Positions 1-13,000 of a DNA stretch of 64,000 bases are shown piece by piece; the first letter of the stretch is position 1; each line of letters begins with the position of its first letter. The DNA comes from Raillietiella orientalis. Its lineage: Eukaryota. The notes under the pieces are model-generated. The model was given only the letters and a program-made list of their open reading frames with translations. It was not told the origin of the DNA and did not search any database. The translations under genes were made by a program, and so were the position numbers. The stretch is taken from assembly GCA_036172245.1 (NCBI GenBank), contig JAYWIR010000038.1:1736001-1800000 (forward strand), written 5' to 3'.

Positions 1-420
1 GGCAGCCGCCTGCGGATGCCAGCCCTTTCGCTTGAATCCAGAAAGCACGTCCCTCGGCAACTCGGTGCTGCTTCCGAAGTGGGAGCGGCGAATCAGAGGG
101 GCAAGAGCGCCCACCCCTTGCCCTCGTCCGGTGGCTCGAGGATCTTCGCCGTCCAGTCGACCAGTCGAAGAAGGCAGGGAAAACCCGCCGAATCCCAGCG
201 GAAGGGACGGGAAAGTAGATGGGCAGTCTTGCGCAGCCAGCGCCCCGACGAGGAAGAGAAGGAGGAGAAAGAGGAGCAGGAAGAAGAGGTAAAGGGTGTG
301 TGCGTGATAAGCACGCGTTCCCGCCTCCCCTCCGTGGGGAGGAAGACTGAGGGAGCGTCGAGTCCGCTTCGCCGAAACGCGCTCTTCGGCTCTTTCCGGC
401 CGCACTTGAAGCAGATTGAA
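1..420 (-). pseudogene. Roco module M13 (partial): ankyrin-like repeats continuing past the left edge
   Basis: ORF 93..314 'KTAHLL...CLLRLVDWTAKILEPPDEGKGWALLPL' followed by '*FAA' fits the ankyrin consensus loosely. It sits where the array's periodicity predicts the next module. Confidence 0.4.
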
Positions 421-2039
421 TTCTTTCACAGCCCATTGGTTTCAGCATGGAGAGGGGGGAAGAAGGGATTCCTTCCCCTCCTATGCACAGGGACTTACTC
501 TATCTGAGTTAGGGAGCGTCTTCCTAGTCTTCGGAGGGAGAGGAAGCTCTTTGCATTCGCCGCCGCCGCCCCACTGGAGGAGCCTGCTTGACCGAAAAGG
601 CGGTTACTGGCGCATGCGCGCGTTTTCCCGTCCGGCGACAGCGCTTCTCCCTTCTTCCTCGTTCTCTTCAGAGCGCAGGCAGGCAAGAGCTGGAGTGAAG
701 GTGAGTACCAGGGATCGCTTTGCTGCGGCAGCCCGTCGGAAGCCCTCACGGAAAGCTGCGAGCCAAGGCGCCGGGAGCCTCGTGCGCGTGCGCGTGCATG
801 CGTTCTTCCCGCCAGAGCCCACACACGAGCGAACGCGCGGATTCCCGCCGGAAGTCTGGGAAAACCGCGGCTGCGCGGGGCCTCCTCTCCCTCCTCCACG
901 CAAGCTGAAGGGAGAGTCACTGCCGTTCGTTTCCACGGCAGTGATGCGCCGGAGGCAGCCGCGTACGGGTCGTGTGTGGGAGAGTGTTGATGCCGGCGCT
1001 CGCGGGAGGGAACTAAAATCCCTGGGCGCGTCCCGGCGACCCTCCCGCCTCTCAAGAACGGAGGAGGAGCAACAAAAGAGTGGGCGAACCTCCGGAGGGG
1101 GCGGGTAAGCAATCACTGCCGGTCACCCTCTGGAGCCCATGACGCATAGGGGGGGAAACCGAAATCGACCGGCTGGAAAGGGAAAGGGAAAGAGCGTAGG
1201 GGAACGGCGCTTGGGGCAAGCGAAGGGAGCAGCCCGGTGAACCTGCGAAAGGTTTTCGGAGTTCGAAACAGAAGCACGCCGTTGTCCGGAGACCGGAAGA
1301 ACGGGAGATGTGGGATATGGGCTCTGGGAAAGACGCGCTGATTCCGGGAACGTTGTTGTCACTCCTTTCGTGGTCTTCACAGGCTCCGGGTGAACTCGGG
1401 GTTTGGGGCTCTGAGTGGGCGGGGCCGGCCCTTCGAGAAACGGCGTTCCTCGCAAGTCTTCCAGGGACCTCCTTTTCGACCTTTGGCTCCTCACGAGAGA
1501 ACTTGGTTCCTCCTCCTCGCGCGGACCGAGGGACGACCTCCCGCCGTTGCCGAGAGGCGCGCAGCAGCGGAGCAAGTTCTTTCGCAGGTCACCCAGGGCC
1601 AGGGACGCTCTCGATTTCTTTTCAGAGCGTCTCATGAAGCTCCCAGGAAACTCCTCTTCCAAGTCGAGTGCGATCAGGGCGGACGCGACGGCCACGGCTT
1701 CACGCCCCTCGGCGTGGTGGTCGCGAACATAGAGCGGTCTTCGAACGGGCCTCGCACCCTGGCTTCCCACAGGGCTGCAGGACAGCCGAGCTCTGGGAAC
1801 GCGGATCCCGTTCTGAAGTGTCTGACCCTTTCGTGCGCCGGGCACAGGAAAGGGCAGCAGCTCCCATGCTCCTCTGGAGGCCCCATTGTCTCTGATCCGC
1901 CCCTTCGTTCCCGCTATGTACACCTGAGCGCGTGCAACTCGGACTCTTGCAGCTTCCGCGTCGTGCTGGTGCTCTTCGCCTCCCCAGGCGGCCGCCCGGT
2001 TTGCGGATTCTTTTTTTTCGGTCCACTGAGTTTTGAAGA

Positions 2040-2480
2040 ATCGTCTGTCTCCTCGGGGAGGAAGGGAGGGTTCACGGAGCTCTTCAAGCACCGCCCACGG
2101 CACCCGAGCGTGCGTGTGACCCTTCAATTTAGAGGGTAACCCCGGAAGAATCATCTTATGAGTCCAGGAAGGCTCCGCTGGGAGGAATTCCTCTCACGAT
2201 TGGGAGAGAACCCCCGCCCTAGTTGTCTCCAAAGGGTCCCGCGAAGGTAACCTCCTCTTCCTTGTTCCCCTCTACTCTTTTCAAGTACTCTTCTCTACTC
2301 TTCTCGTTCTCAAGAGGTTCTCGGAGTGCTGAAGAACCGCTCTCCTAGGGGTTCACGAAGCTCTTAAACACCGTCCACGGCACCCGAGCGTGCGTGTAAC
2401 TCTTCAAGTTAGGATGCACCCCGAAGGGACCATCCCATGCATTCAGGAAGGCTCCGGAAGAAGGAGTCCTCCCTCCCGGA
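2040..2480 (-). mobile_element. Two tandem 3' fragments of the same SINE family
   Basis: 'gggttcacg.agctctt.aa.caccg.ccacggcacccgagcgtgcgtgt...caggaaggctccg' occurs twice (~2070 and ~2350) and matches ~3520-3630. Confidence 0.75.
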
Positions 2481-3451
2481 AAAGACGAGTCCGCTGCTCG
2501 AGCCGGAAGAAAGCCAACGCGACTGCAGCGGTGGCGTTCGTTCCCTGCACTGCTGCTTCTCCGCGTCCCGTCCCGTGAGGACCCGGCAGCTTCCCGATTA
2601 ACCTCGCTTTAATCAAGCAAAGTGAACATCACGTTCAGATAAATGTCGCCGGCTCCGTCGCGGGTTCTCGGGATGCACCGCTGCCTCCGCTTCCCCTCTT
2701 CCTTCCGGAGGAATACGTGAGTTTCATTTGGCGGATCCCGAAACCGAACCAAATGAGATGAAGGAAGCATTAAGATAATCACGGGAACGAGGCGCATCCA
2801 CGGGTTTATAGTACGTGGTCCACTCAATGTCTTTTACTGCCCATTATTTAATACAGTCGTGGTGACCATTGACTGCGGAATACCGCCGAGGGGAATCGTG
2901 CAAAGCCCTGAACCAGGGCGTGCCAAAAGGAGCAGGGAACTCCGCATACAGATGAAGATGGAAAGAAGAGAAAGATGCTTTCTTTTTCTTGAGATAGTTC
3001 CTGGCATTCCGAGATGGCTCCATCCAAGTAGTTCTTCCGGACCAACTGCAGCACGTCTCCAGGGACGGCCGTGCCCTGCATGGAGCAGCACTTCCTGTCT
3101 GGCGTAGAAACATTCAGGACACTCGGACCACACAGATGTACGCAGATTGCTACGCCTGAGGGCGACGTCCACCAGGGGCGGTGCTTGCTGCGTGTGGCAG
3201 AGGCAGGAAGGGGGAGGGAGGGACTCCTTCAGCGCGCCCTTCTCAACCGCCCCCGCATGAGGAACGAGAAAATGGCCTCCAGGAGGACCGCGTCAAGAGA
3301 AGTGCGATGGAGATGGCGCCCCCCACCCTCCCAGTTTCCCGAACAGGAGTTCCTGGAACAGGTCACGAGCGTATCCGGTGCTTTACGGTGACGGGAAATG
3401 GATGATGGGAAACCCTTTGGAGTTCTTCTGCTCTCGCTGCTTTCCTTCCAG

Positions 3452-4191
3452 CTTTTTTTTTTTCTTCTTTTTGGTTTTCAAGTAGTGCTGAAGAACCGTC
3501 TGCCTTCTCGGGGAGGGGGGAGGGTTCACGGAGCTCTTCAAGAACCGCCCAGCCACCCGAGGGTGCGTTTGACTCTTCAAGCTAGGGGGCACCCCGAAGG
3601 GACCACACCATGCATCCAGGAAGGCTCCGGAAGGAGTCTGTCCCTCTTACGCTTGCTAGGGAACCCCGAAGGGAACCTCCTCTTCCTTATTCTCTCCGGA
3701 GGGACCCACCGGAGGAGAGCCGCTCCTCATTCTTCCTTCGGAGGGAACCCTAAAGGAAACTGCTCCTGGCTCCTGCCTCGAAAGAGAACCGCGAAGGGAC
3801 GCTTCCAGATTTCTCTGAAGGGCTCTCCCGGAAGGGAGCAGCGCGCTTCTTGACACTCTGGAGAGGCAACCCCCCTAGGGGAATACCAACCAGCTCCATG
3901 GTAGGCTCCATTTTCATCTCCAGGAGGAAGCCTGAAGGGAACCGGCCACCTTAATTCCTGGGAGGACCCCGGAGAGTCAGCTTCCAACCCGGTAGGTCAA
4001 CGGGGGTATTCGACTTCAACCAGTGCCTTACCCAAAGCGAATCAAGGCCAACCAGAGTCGTCCTGCTGGGGGGACTCGTAAACCCACGACACACCCATTT
4101 CTCGGCGTCGATCCTTCCCCGGGTGACATTCGAACCCGCGACGCTTGGTGAGACGCGGCGAAGACCGCAGTCACACGGCTGTCAACGCGGA
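3452..4191 (-). mobile_element. tRNA-derived SINE, apparently full length
   Basis: Reverse complement begins 'ccgcgttgacagccgtgtg...gcgggttcgaat'. Same body as 55135-55855. T-rich tail on the plus strand at ~3452-3480. Confidence 0.8.
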
Positions 4192-4499
4192 GGACAGCGG
4201 ACGCCTCCTGCTTGTACGGATCCTTTGCCAAAGCACCAGAGGCAGTGAGAAGAAGCACAAAGGATTGGTTGCAGACAAAGGAGGTACTCATCTATCAGAG
4301 AAGAAAAAGTTGCAGAATCCCAAGGAGCGTGGGATCCGGCAAAGGACGAAATCCTGAGAAGACTCAAGGATTCCCAAGCGATAGAGGGGGCAGATCAAGA
4401 GCAGGAGTCGGATCGGTTGGAGGCACAGGATGGACCACCGGACTAGATGAGGAAGCCCTCGTGAGACCAGACTCTCGAGTGGAGGACAAAATGGAGAGG

Positions 4500-7400
4500 G
4501 TGGAGATCATGGGAGAGAGGAACTCTTCTATTTGTTGTGCCCCCCCGTCTCTTCCCTGCAAAGCGCAGGCATTGACAAACCGAACAGAATGGAAACTCCC
4601 CAGTGGGCCAGAAGAGGAAGCGTGATGCACTTTCCCATGACTGACTGAGACTTGAGGACGGATGACCACAGTGCTGACGGCGTGTGCTGCGGTCCGCTGG
4701 GCGGCTTCTGCGTACGGGAACTCGATGTTTTAGAAGATTGCGCCCCTGGCTCGCGTCCTTGTCCTAAGTCCAGAGAAACGTTGGATGTAGCTCCATGTGG
4801 AGCCCTTGACGGCTCGCGGAGCGTAACGGGAGTGGCAGACCTTGTCAGCGCGAGACACGCTTGCGCGCGAGCCCGCGAAGAGATCAGCCCCTGCGGCGCG
4901 GGGTTAACGAGCGAGCAGCGAAACGGCTGGCAACGGGCGACAAATCCAAGATGTTCCGGGCGAGTGGGCTTCCAGGGCCGGAGAGCTCCTGGTTCCAGTA
5001 CATTTGCAGTTCCGGCCCGAAAATTCCTCTGTGTCGCACCATCCCTTTCGGAGGACCGGAAGAGACGCCTGGGAGAAAGCTCCTGCCGAAGTAGAGCTGA
5101 TGCTGAGTTCTCGTCCAGGAATTCGGCAGCAGCACGGGGGTTTCCGGGGCAGGAGTTTCAGGAGCTCTCCGGAATTTTCCCCATTCACAGGAGAATCCGT
5201 GCTCAGAAATCCTCTCCATCCTTTGCGGAGCGCTTTGCTTCGATCAGGGGGAATCATCCGTTTTATTTCTTCTTCTTTTCTTCTCTTTTCTTTTCGGCGA
5301 CGAAAGAGCAAAGCAGGGACTGGAAAACTCAGAAACGTCTGAATGGGCTTTGGTTCGGACTGTCTTCTGGACTGACTTTCGACTCCCAAATTCGTTGGGA
5401 CTGCAAGGGAACGCCATTGTTGTGCTGAGAAGAACCCAGGACTTTCGAAGATGAGGACGAAGGGGGAATTCCGCGAGAGCTGGCGAAGGCCTGACGAAAG
5501 CTCGATCGATTCCCTGACTTTCAACCTGTTCCCCCTGGAGAGGCTTTTTCGTTGTCGTCGCTCCCAACCCCCTTCCACATCCCAATAGTTCTCGAACGCT
5601 CGACCAATTCCCTTCTGGTATGCCCTCGCAGCTTCGTCCTTTGCCGGAACCCGCTTCTGGCTGCGGGCCCCGTTCGGTGGGCGACACAGGAGTGCAGTGG
5701 CTTTCTTTCTTGTTCCGCGTCCCTCTCGATGCGCTCGAAGAACTCGGGAAGGGGCGAGCGACGTCCAGTGAGAACTGTGCCCCTCTCCTCATTGGAGAGC
5801 CCACAAGATCATTGAGAAACCTGCTCCTCCTCCTGGGACGCGGACTGCGTCGACGAGCAATTTCTCGTGTGCGCCCCGAAGCGTGTGGATGGCCTTCCGC
5901 AACTTGCTAGAAGAATGGGTCGGCAGCAGCCGTCTCTGGCAGGCCCCACAGACTTCCGCTTCTACATGTCATAGCACCCTATTCCGTAGAAGCCATTGCT
6001 CCTCGCACCATCTCCGTCGCGGATCGATGTCGCGGCAACTGCTTCCGATCACCGTCCGTCTGGAAACTGCATCCTAGCACGCTTCCTCTTCTACGCGATG
6101 GTGTCCTGACACTCCACGTCCCTCCCGCTGGAAAACTGGCGGCTCACTGGGGCCAAACCTTGCCTGCAAACTGCAGACGTGCAGAGCAATCGCTTTGCAG
6201 GAATCTTTCAAAAGATTCCTGGTTATCCGTGAGAAGACGGCAGCGAATCTTCCTTATTCATCCGAAAGCAGAAATCGTTAGATGCAGGGTATGCGTACAG
6301 AACCTGCAACACCAGACAGGAACAAAAAAAAAAAAAAACAGAAAGCGAACGAAAAAAGAAAAAAAACAGAAAGAAAAGCCGTCTCGACCTGAGCAGTCGG
6401 CGCTCACGAACCCCCATGAAAACGCGTCATTTGGCATCGCTTGGAGCGGTACTTGTCATCCGCCTGATGAAATACATGCTGACGAAGTCTCCCCGTTTGA
6501 ATACAGTGTTTACGTAAGCTGTACATTCGGTTTACGGAAGTGTTGTGCCCTTCCTGTTACTCATGTCCGCAGTTTTGAATTCAGGACCCTCGTCTCTCGC
6601 TCGCTTCCAGTTACTCCTTCCATCGCACTTTGAAGGGATTGAATACATCGCGCGCTCCCTTCCCGTTTCCATGGAGCGCGAAAGTCACTCCTCATCTCAC
6701 GGTCTCTCGAAGGCTTTTCTTCCTTTCTTTAGAGGTCTGTTGGCAGCGGGTCGCCCCGTGGAAACCACTTAATCTTCGGCATTCTGCCTCGTTCGGGAAG
6801 TGCCTACCCTTCTTCACCAGCAGCACTCGGTCTTCCACCCCATCCACTGCCGACACATGCCGATGCGGACCTGCCTGCGTGAGATCGGAGGGGCACTCCT
6901 CGGGGAGGCTACAAGGACTGGTAATCTGGATCCCCTTTGGAGTGTCTTGGCCACGGTCTCTGCCCGTTGGTTTCATCGTGCTCGGTGTGCTGCTTCTCAG
7001 CACCGGCAATCTTTCCTCCTGTGGCTCCTGCAAGAGTCGAATCGAAAGGCGATCCTCCCTCGGGTCACTTCTCACCCGCGTCTCGCGGAACTCATCCCGC
7101 GGGACTGTGGATTCAGACGGGCACGGGATGAGTCGGACAGGAAACATTCCATATCATTTGAACGTCAGCTGCCACCCTCCGCTCAAGTCGCGGGTCTGAC
7201 CCTATCGGAATCGTAGTGTTCCTGGGATGGATGGGGCGATGCGAGCCGGAATTCCAAGTTCCCTTTCCCGGGATCCGTGATTTGCAAATCGCAGGCGAGG
7301 TGCCACCCCAGTCCCTGGAACATCGGAGAGAGGCCTCAAGGGACCAACCGTCATCCCCGACGAATCGTCCAAGTGACACGGGCCGCAGTCTCCCGGGCAA

Positions 7401-8380
7401 CCGATCGCCGGGCCATGTGGGGGGGGCTCCCGAGGTGCTCCGACGAGGTGCACTTCTTCACTGTGGTTTTCGGCTGAAGGCGGGAGTCCTTCCTTTCCGG
7501 GCTTAGCCTGCCTACCGACCGGCGGTTCGCTCTCGCGTCTGTCGCGCAGGCAGTCATCGTCGTCCTTGCTATGTGGAAGGGTGCAAGGATGCTGGTTCTG
7601 TGATCCCCCTCCCCTCCCCCCCGAAGAAAAACAGAAAAGGGCAGGGGGAAAGGAAGGAACCTTCCCGTCTCGCCTCGCCACTAATTTTAGTACCTCCTAG
7701 TCGTCGAGCGAGCGCTTCGCAACGGAGTTTGCACTTTGATTTCAATTAGCCTTCTTGGCTCGGCAATGTGATGTTATTTTCTGCATCCCGAAAGAACTCG
7801 CAAAGAAGCAAAACCGAAAGGAAGCAGGCGGGAGAGCCTCCTCTCCCTGCTGGGGGAAAAAAAAAGGATGACTTATTTTCATTTTTTCCTCTACGGGACA
7901 TGAAAACTCGTTATGCAGAAAAGAAATGAATTCCTGCAATAAATATTTCTTTAGCTCCTCGCGGTTCCATCCGAGCGGCTCTCCCTGAGAGGAATTCGCT
8001 GATTGTTAGGACGAAGAAGTTAAGGATTGGGTTTTCGGGAGCAGAACGCGGCAGAGGTTACGGAAAGGCAAATATGTCCCAGTTCGAGAAGGCAGGGAAA
8101 AGAGGGCCGAAAGAGAAGAAAGGAAGAAAACGAAACAATGAAATTGTCGGAACTCCTCCGGAAATTGTTCTCGCAATTTACTTTAATGGTCCTTTTGCGA
8201 AACCCAGTTTTGTCTCTCGGAGATCATGGACGCCCGAGTTTGCCATAAAAACCCGCGTGATCCCCTCGCACGGAGGTCAGCCGCGTACGAGGAGAGACCG
8301 CGCCTCGCCTTCGCTACCCGAGTTTTTTGCCGCTCGATCACGAAAGCGAACGTCACTTTCGTGATCAAGGACTTCGAATA
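4500..8380 (-). pseudogene. Roco module M11: ankyrin repeats - Roc - COR - CARD-like; decayed, LINE inside the ankyrin region
   Basis: Ankyrin-like: 'EVLDHESDVRFRD...ARSLLVRG' (8277..8543) and 'LKDSCKAIALHV' (~6180-6215). Roc: 'VDAVRVPGGGAGFSMILW' (~5800-5855), resembling the DAPK1 G-x-G-D-F-S-V-W segment. COR: 'KSWVLLST' (5244..5804) and 'WTRTQHQLYFGRSF' (4884..5219). CARD-end-like 'VRFVNACALQGRDGGAQQIEEFL' (4364..4669). Acceptor AG near 6304. Confidence 0.62.
6500..7560 (+). mobile_element. Degenerate non-LTR retrotransposon (L1/Tx1-like) RT C-terminal fragment
   Basis: ORF 6630..7199 'GFIVLGVLL...KSRIERR...LTRVSRNSSRG' resembles the post-RT K-x-L-G ... L-S-x-x-G region. 7180-7340 is also similar to 8948-9115. 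Confidence 0.45.
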
Positions 8381-8439
8381 CCCTTCCGCTGGGTCCACCA
8401 GAAGGAGGCCCTCCATCCAGGAAGTCAGCTCTTTTCGAG

Positions 8440-8895
8440 GAGCTTCCCGCTGAGCACTCGAAGGCCTTTTGATCCGGTAGAATTCTGGAGGGAGCGCCCC
8501 GAAAGGAGCAGCGCGCTTTTTCCACACCCTGGAGAGGTATCAACCAGCTCTGTGGTACGCGATGGAGGGTCGTCCTGCCCCCACCCCCCCGAGGGAGGAG
8601 ACGGCTCCATTTTCACAAGCGAAGGGGACCCGGCTCCTTTGATTCTTGGAAGGACCCCCGAGGATCAACTTCCAACCCGGCCGGTCAACGGGGGGGCATC
8701 CGGCTTCCACAAGTGCCTCACCGGAAGGAGGAATGAACGAGGCCAGCCAGCGTCATCCCGCAGAAGAGGGGGTGGGAAACTCGTAAACCCACGACTCAGT
8801 CCCCTCCATTCTTGGAGTCGATTCTTCCCCGGGCGGGATTCGAACCCGCAGCGATCAGTGTCGCGCGCGGAGACCACACGGACGCCAACGACCCA
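8440..8895 (-). mobile_element. 5' half of the tRNA-derived SINE
   Basis: B-box reverse complement 'gggattcgaacccgc' at ~8835-8850. The body matches 3830-4190. Confidence 0.75.
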
Positions 8896-8947
8896 CTTTT
8901 TCGAAAAGCACTGGACCCTATTCCTCGCCCTCACCCCCTACCCTCCT

Positions 8948-9200
8948 CTCAAGTCGCGGATCTGCCCTTGTTGAAACTGGGGAGGGGTAGGGGTGTTCCT
9001 TGGATGGATGGAACGCCCTTACGATACGAGCCGGAATTCGAAGTTCCCTTTTCCAGGATGCGGGACTTTGCGGGTGAGGTGCCACCCCAACCCTGAGTAA
9101 TCGGAGAGGCTCTGCGGGCGACCGAGGTGGACCTAACCGTACGCAAGAGACTTAACTGTCCAAGTGGCAGAGACTACAGTCTCCCAGGCAATCGCCTTGA
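8948..9200 (+). repeat. Second copy of the 7180-7400 segment (probable LINE fragment)
   Basis: Shared 'ctcaagtcgcgg.tctg...gagccggaattc.aagttccctttt?cc...gaggtgccacccca'. Confidence 0.65.
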
Positions 9201-9499
9201 CTGCTGGAAACGTGAGAGACGCAGATCACAGGGGAGGCAGTTCCGATATTATAAAACAAAATGGAGAAATGGGTCCCTTTCGAGTCGAATGCCACGCCTA
9301 GGTGTTGGAGGAGGCAAGAGATGAAGAGGTGGTCCCTCCCCACCAAGGCCTTCAGCTCGTATGATGACGAAAGGATCCACACTCGAATTTAGGCGGCAAA
9401 AAAAAGAAAAAAAAAAAAAAAGAAGAAGAAAAAAAAAAGAAGCAAGGCAAGAAAATGGCGGCCGAGTCGGAAAGCGCGAGATTCTCCTTACCTCGAGCG

Positions 9500-12400
9500 T
9501 TGTTCCTTTTCTCGGATTTTGATTCTCGGAAATTCCAGGATATAAATCTTTTACAAGATCTTCGAGGTATCCAGCTTCAGGAAAGCAACTGTGGAAGGGG
9601 ACCTCGAGGCGGAACCGACAGGCAACCACAAACACGAGTACCTCGTGAGGTTAACTGACGCGGGCGGATGGGATCCGAGCTGCTCCATGGCGAGGCGCGC
9701 ATCAATTGAAAGCTTCGGACATGCCGCATCCTGCACATGACTGCCGCCGCCTTGCACGTGCGAACTCTGCAACCGCGAACCTTTCTTCTTGCTCTTGCAG
9801 CAGTTACGCAACCGCCGCCCCCCAAAAGGAAAAGTCGGAACCGAGGGGGGAGGCGGAAGACGGGAATCCACAGAGTGTGTGCGTGTGTGTTCGGAAAAGC
9901 GTTCCTTGGCGGTGACTCCTTTCCTTTGGGAGATGCAGGCCTGGGCGCGCGCTTCCCACGTAGGAAAACGCGCGTCTGCTTCCTGCTGCCTCTTTCCCTC
10001 GGGGAGCCGAAAACAAACGCGCCTGATTGCCACCTTCTTCGGGAAGCGAGGAAAGTTTCAAACTGCGTACGCATCAAGGAATAAGGGAAAAGCAGAACGA
10101 AAGGGAGCATTTCCTCCTCCTCCCCTCACTTCTCGACCTCCGTGCATCATCACGCAACATCAGGGGAATGTTTTCCTGAGGCTTGTTTTCAAGCTTATTA
10201 GCATCACAAAGGTGCACAGAGTTGAGTGATGCGCATATGGATACGCTATAAATATCTGATTTCTCTGCTGTCGCTGGAAATGTTACAGGAGAAGGACTCT
10301 CGAAAATCATCACACCTTCGAACAGTTTATGGATCTTATTGCCAAGTAATCTCTGAAGAGAGAGAGGGAGGAGAAGATAAAAAAAAAAAAAAAAAAAAAA
10401 AGGAACACATAACTAATGGCGAGGTGATGAGTTCAGAGCGCTCTATCACGGCATCAGAAGGTAAGACAGAAACGCTAGAGATCTCTCTCTGGAGTTCTAC
10501 TCAGACAAAAAAGGAAAAAGAAAGAGGTGATTTTCGGTCTCCGGCAAGTTCACGTCTGCACACCGTCGTCCAGGAGGAATTGCCTCTTGCATGCTCTTCC
10601 ATTGCCTTCTTCAGCTTTTATCTGATGATGAGATGTCGTGAACTTTTGAAAAAGGCTGCAGAAGTTTGCTGCCTGGTCGCCCAACTGGCCGAAGGGGCCG
10701 GCTGCAACGACCGCCTCCGTCGTCGGCGAGAAAAAATACCCGAGGTGTCCGACGCATATAAAAGTCAACAGATCACCGGAAGGAGAAGGCCCAAGGCGAC
10801 GATCAGCGCCCAGCAACACCAGAGCTTCTTGCGCCAGCGATAAGGATGGAGCAGGGCTCGTGCCAGCGTGAGAAAGGACCACCATTCCACCTTCGCTGCA
10901 GGGAAATCGCCGGTGCTTCGAATTTCGGAGCACCAGCGAAGCATTCCCAGAAGCCCCACAAGGCAACTTCGAGCTTCCCGGAAACAGGACGCCCCGTCGT
11001 CTTCTTCGTCCACCTTACCAGGGAACGCTTCGCCGGAGCTCCTCCGGAGTGGAATTCAGGGAAGCGGTAGGCACGTAAATTAGCGGAAGAGAGACTGGCC
11101 TTCCTCAGAACCAAGAAATGCCAATTTCGGTTCATTAGCTAATCAAGGAATTTCCCACTTATGATCCTGAAGAATGGTTCCCAACGTGATTGATAAGGCT
11201 CCGCGGCGAATCAACTGGGATTCAATTAGCTCCTTGCACGACACGGTTCCAGGGTTTCCCGATTCCGTGCCAATGGTGATGGTGCTCCGTCCGAGCCGAG
11301 TTCGGGGTTTCGGAATGGGACTCGAAGCTAATAAAATAAATCGATTAATACATAAATAGTAATACATAATAATAATAATAATGAAACTCAGTTACTGCTG
11401 CGAGCTTCTCACTGCGTCCATGCGAATTCCGTCCGCGAGCGACCGAGAGCCGTAAAAAAGGGTTTAAACGCAAAGGAGGTCCTCGGCAAGGAGGACGCAT
11501 GCAGGGTGAGGACTTGCAGGAAGGGGGACGACGGCCGTCCCCTTCCCTGCCCATGCGCAGATCCTGACCTGCGCGCGGCTCCAGCAGCTCTCTCGGGCGA
11601 GGACGGGAAAAGTTCGGAGCGTTTGCCTCAACCCGCGGATGCCTCTCTGCCATTAGGAAGGTACGCGCGGCGCTGAAAATTCAAGGACGCCGCCATTCGA
11701 GGAGTTCGTCGTGCGGAGGTCCCGAGAGGGAAGGGTTAAGCTGCTGCGAGTCGTCCGGAGCTAGAGGGATGACAAATCTCGAACCGTCGGACTCCGATGA
11801 TGAAGCGATAAATCCCCCCTTGCCGTTTCGAGAGGAGGGAACACTGAGCGGCGGGTCAAAATTGCGTTCCCGATCGGAATCCGGCGAGGGTCGCCGTCCC
11901 CGCTCTGCTCCTCGAGCTCCAGCAGGAGGAGATGTATCCTTCGAGGCGACCGAGAATCGGAATCCGCTCCAGTTGCAAAGATATTCGCGACCACTTTTTA
12001 ATACGCTGCAGAGCCAGAGGCTTACAGGGAGCGTAGAACAAAAAAATGAAATAAATCGAAAGGTACCGAATGGAGGCCCTCGGATCTTCGGGGGCGGCGC
12101 CTGCGTCTTTCTGGCAGGCAAAGACAGAGATGCAGTTCTGTTACAGCTCGAGGAAGGGTGGCGTTTAATGCGGAGGAACGTTTGTTGAGTTCCCGTGATG
12201 GCAGCGCATCTTCGTGGGAGGGGAGGTAGCGGGGCAGCTTTCTTTGGTGCTTCTGAATCTGATGGTGCGGAGGTGGGTGGCTGCTCACCTCTTTTGGTTC
12301 ACACCTTCTGTGTGCACGTGTCTGCCTGTCCCCCTTTGTAGGGCGAGAGCTCCATGCCGTGCAAACCGCTGCGGTCCGTGGAGCGGTGGCGCGCAGTGCG

Positions 12401-13000
12401 GGCGACCGCGGGTAAGAAAAAGGAAGTTTCGGTGCACCCGAACCAAGAGATGCCCCATCGGCACTCGCTGGCGCTCTCCTCCTGGCTGGTGGCGCCAGAT
12501 CGCGTTTGGCGGCCTCTCGGCTGCTTGATGGAACTGCAGCTTGGTCTTTCGCTACGGGGGTCGTTTCTTCGACCTTCGCCGAAATCGCCCGAAGAGGATG
12601 CAAGGAAGAACGTAGGTCTGGTCCGAGAAGGCACTTCAGACAAAGCCAGAGCTGCAAAACAGTATTCCCTTTTTTAGAGAGAAAGCAGATAGGTGGAGTG
12701 GCTATCTGCGTAAGATCAAAACGAGACGTTCCCTCGATCATTTCTTCTTCTTGCTCTCCAGTCCACTGGCCAGTTCTTCCCACCGCCGCCAACCCTGTCC
12801 CGACTGAAGACCCCAATTCATCTGGGAGGACACTTCCTGGGGAAATGAATCCTCAACGACTTACGCCAACTGTAAGTTTCAAACGGATCTCCCGAGGTCT
12901 TCTGCTTAGCACGAAGACCTGCGCCTCCTTCCTTCCTTTCGTCCAGCAGCTCCTTTGGTTACGCGAACGACTCACACCCCACTCTCTCTCCCTCCGTCCA
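9500..13000 (-). pseudogene. Roco module M10: ankyrin repeats - Roc - COR - CARD-like; decayed
   Basis: Ankyrin-like: 'SKKGNTVLQL' (12022..12816) and 'ARTARHRSTDRSGLHGMELSPYKGGQAD' (12299..12643). 'VANIFATGADSDSR' and pre-Roc 'VFPPLETARGDL' (11761..11994). P-loop-like 'MGREGDGR' (11345..11653). COR: 'ICVGHLGYFFSPTTEAVV' (10550..10966) and 'MIFESP...SDIYSVSICAS' (10074..10313). CARD-end-like 'VPFHSCFPEAGYLEDLVKDLYP' (9249..9635). Acceptor AG near 10353. Confidence 0.68.

Larger units (their letters stand above)
450..4400 (-). pseudogene. Roco module M12: ankyrin repeats - Roc - COR - CARD-like; decayed, with SINE insertions
   Basis: Ankyrin-like: 'FVLLLTASGALAKDPY' (4028..4291) and 'DVALRRSNLRTSVW...EVLLHAG' (2834..3172). 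Pre-Roc 'RFRDPPNET' (2609..2827). Roc: 'GPPEEHGSCCPFLCP' (1674..1886) and 'LEEEFPGSF...SLALGDLRKNLL' (1123..2154). COR: 'ACFCFELRK' (~1255-1280). CARD-like 'AAAANAKSFLSLRRLG' (495..1112). Confidence 0.58.

Noticed and set aside
1600..1990. LINE RT motif ('ALIALDLEEEF' resembling SLDxEKAF)
   Set aside because: The context fits the Roc end better ('GPPEEHGSCCPFLCP' before, 'LGDLRKNLL' and 'CFCFEL' after) and falls where the module order predicts.
2834..3172. zf-RVT Zn finger ('CPECF...LLH')
   Set aside because: Flanking frames give ankyrin-like spacing and lead into the pre-Roc 'DPPNE' motif. No LINE 3' UTR follows.
11174..11359. PEBP-like start 'VPNVIDKAP'
   Set aside because: Nine-residue resemblance with no further PEBP motifs. 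It lies antisense to the M10 Roc region.
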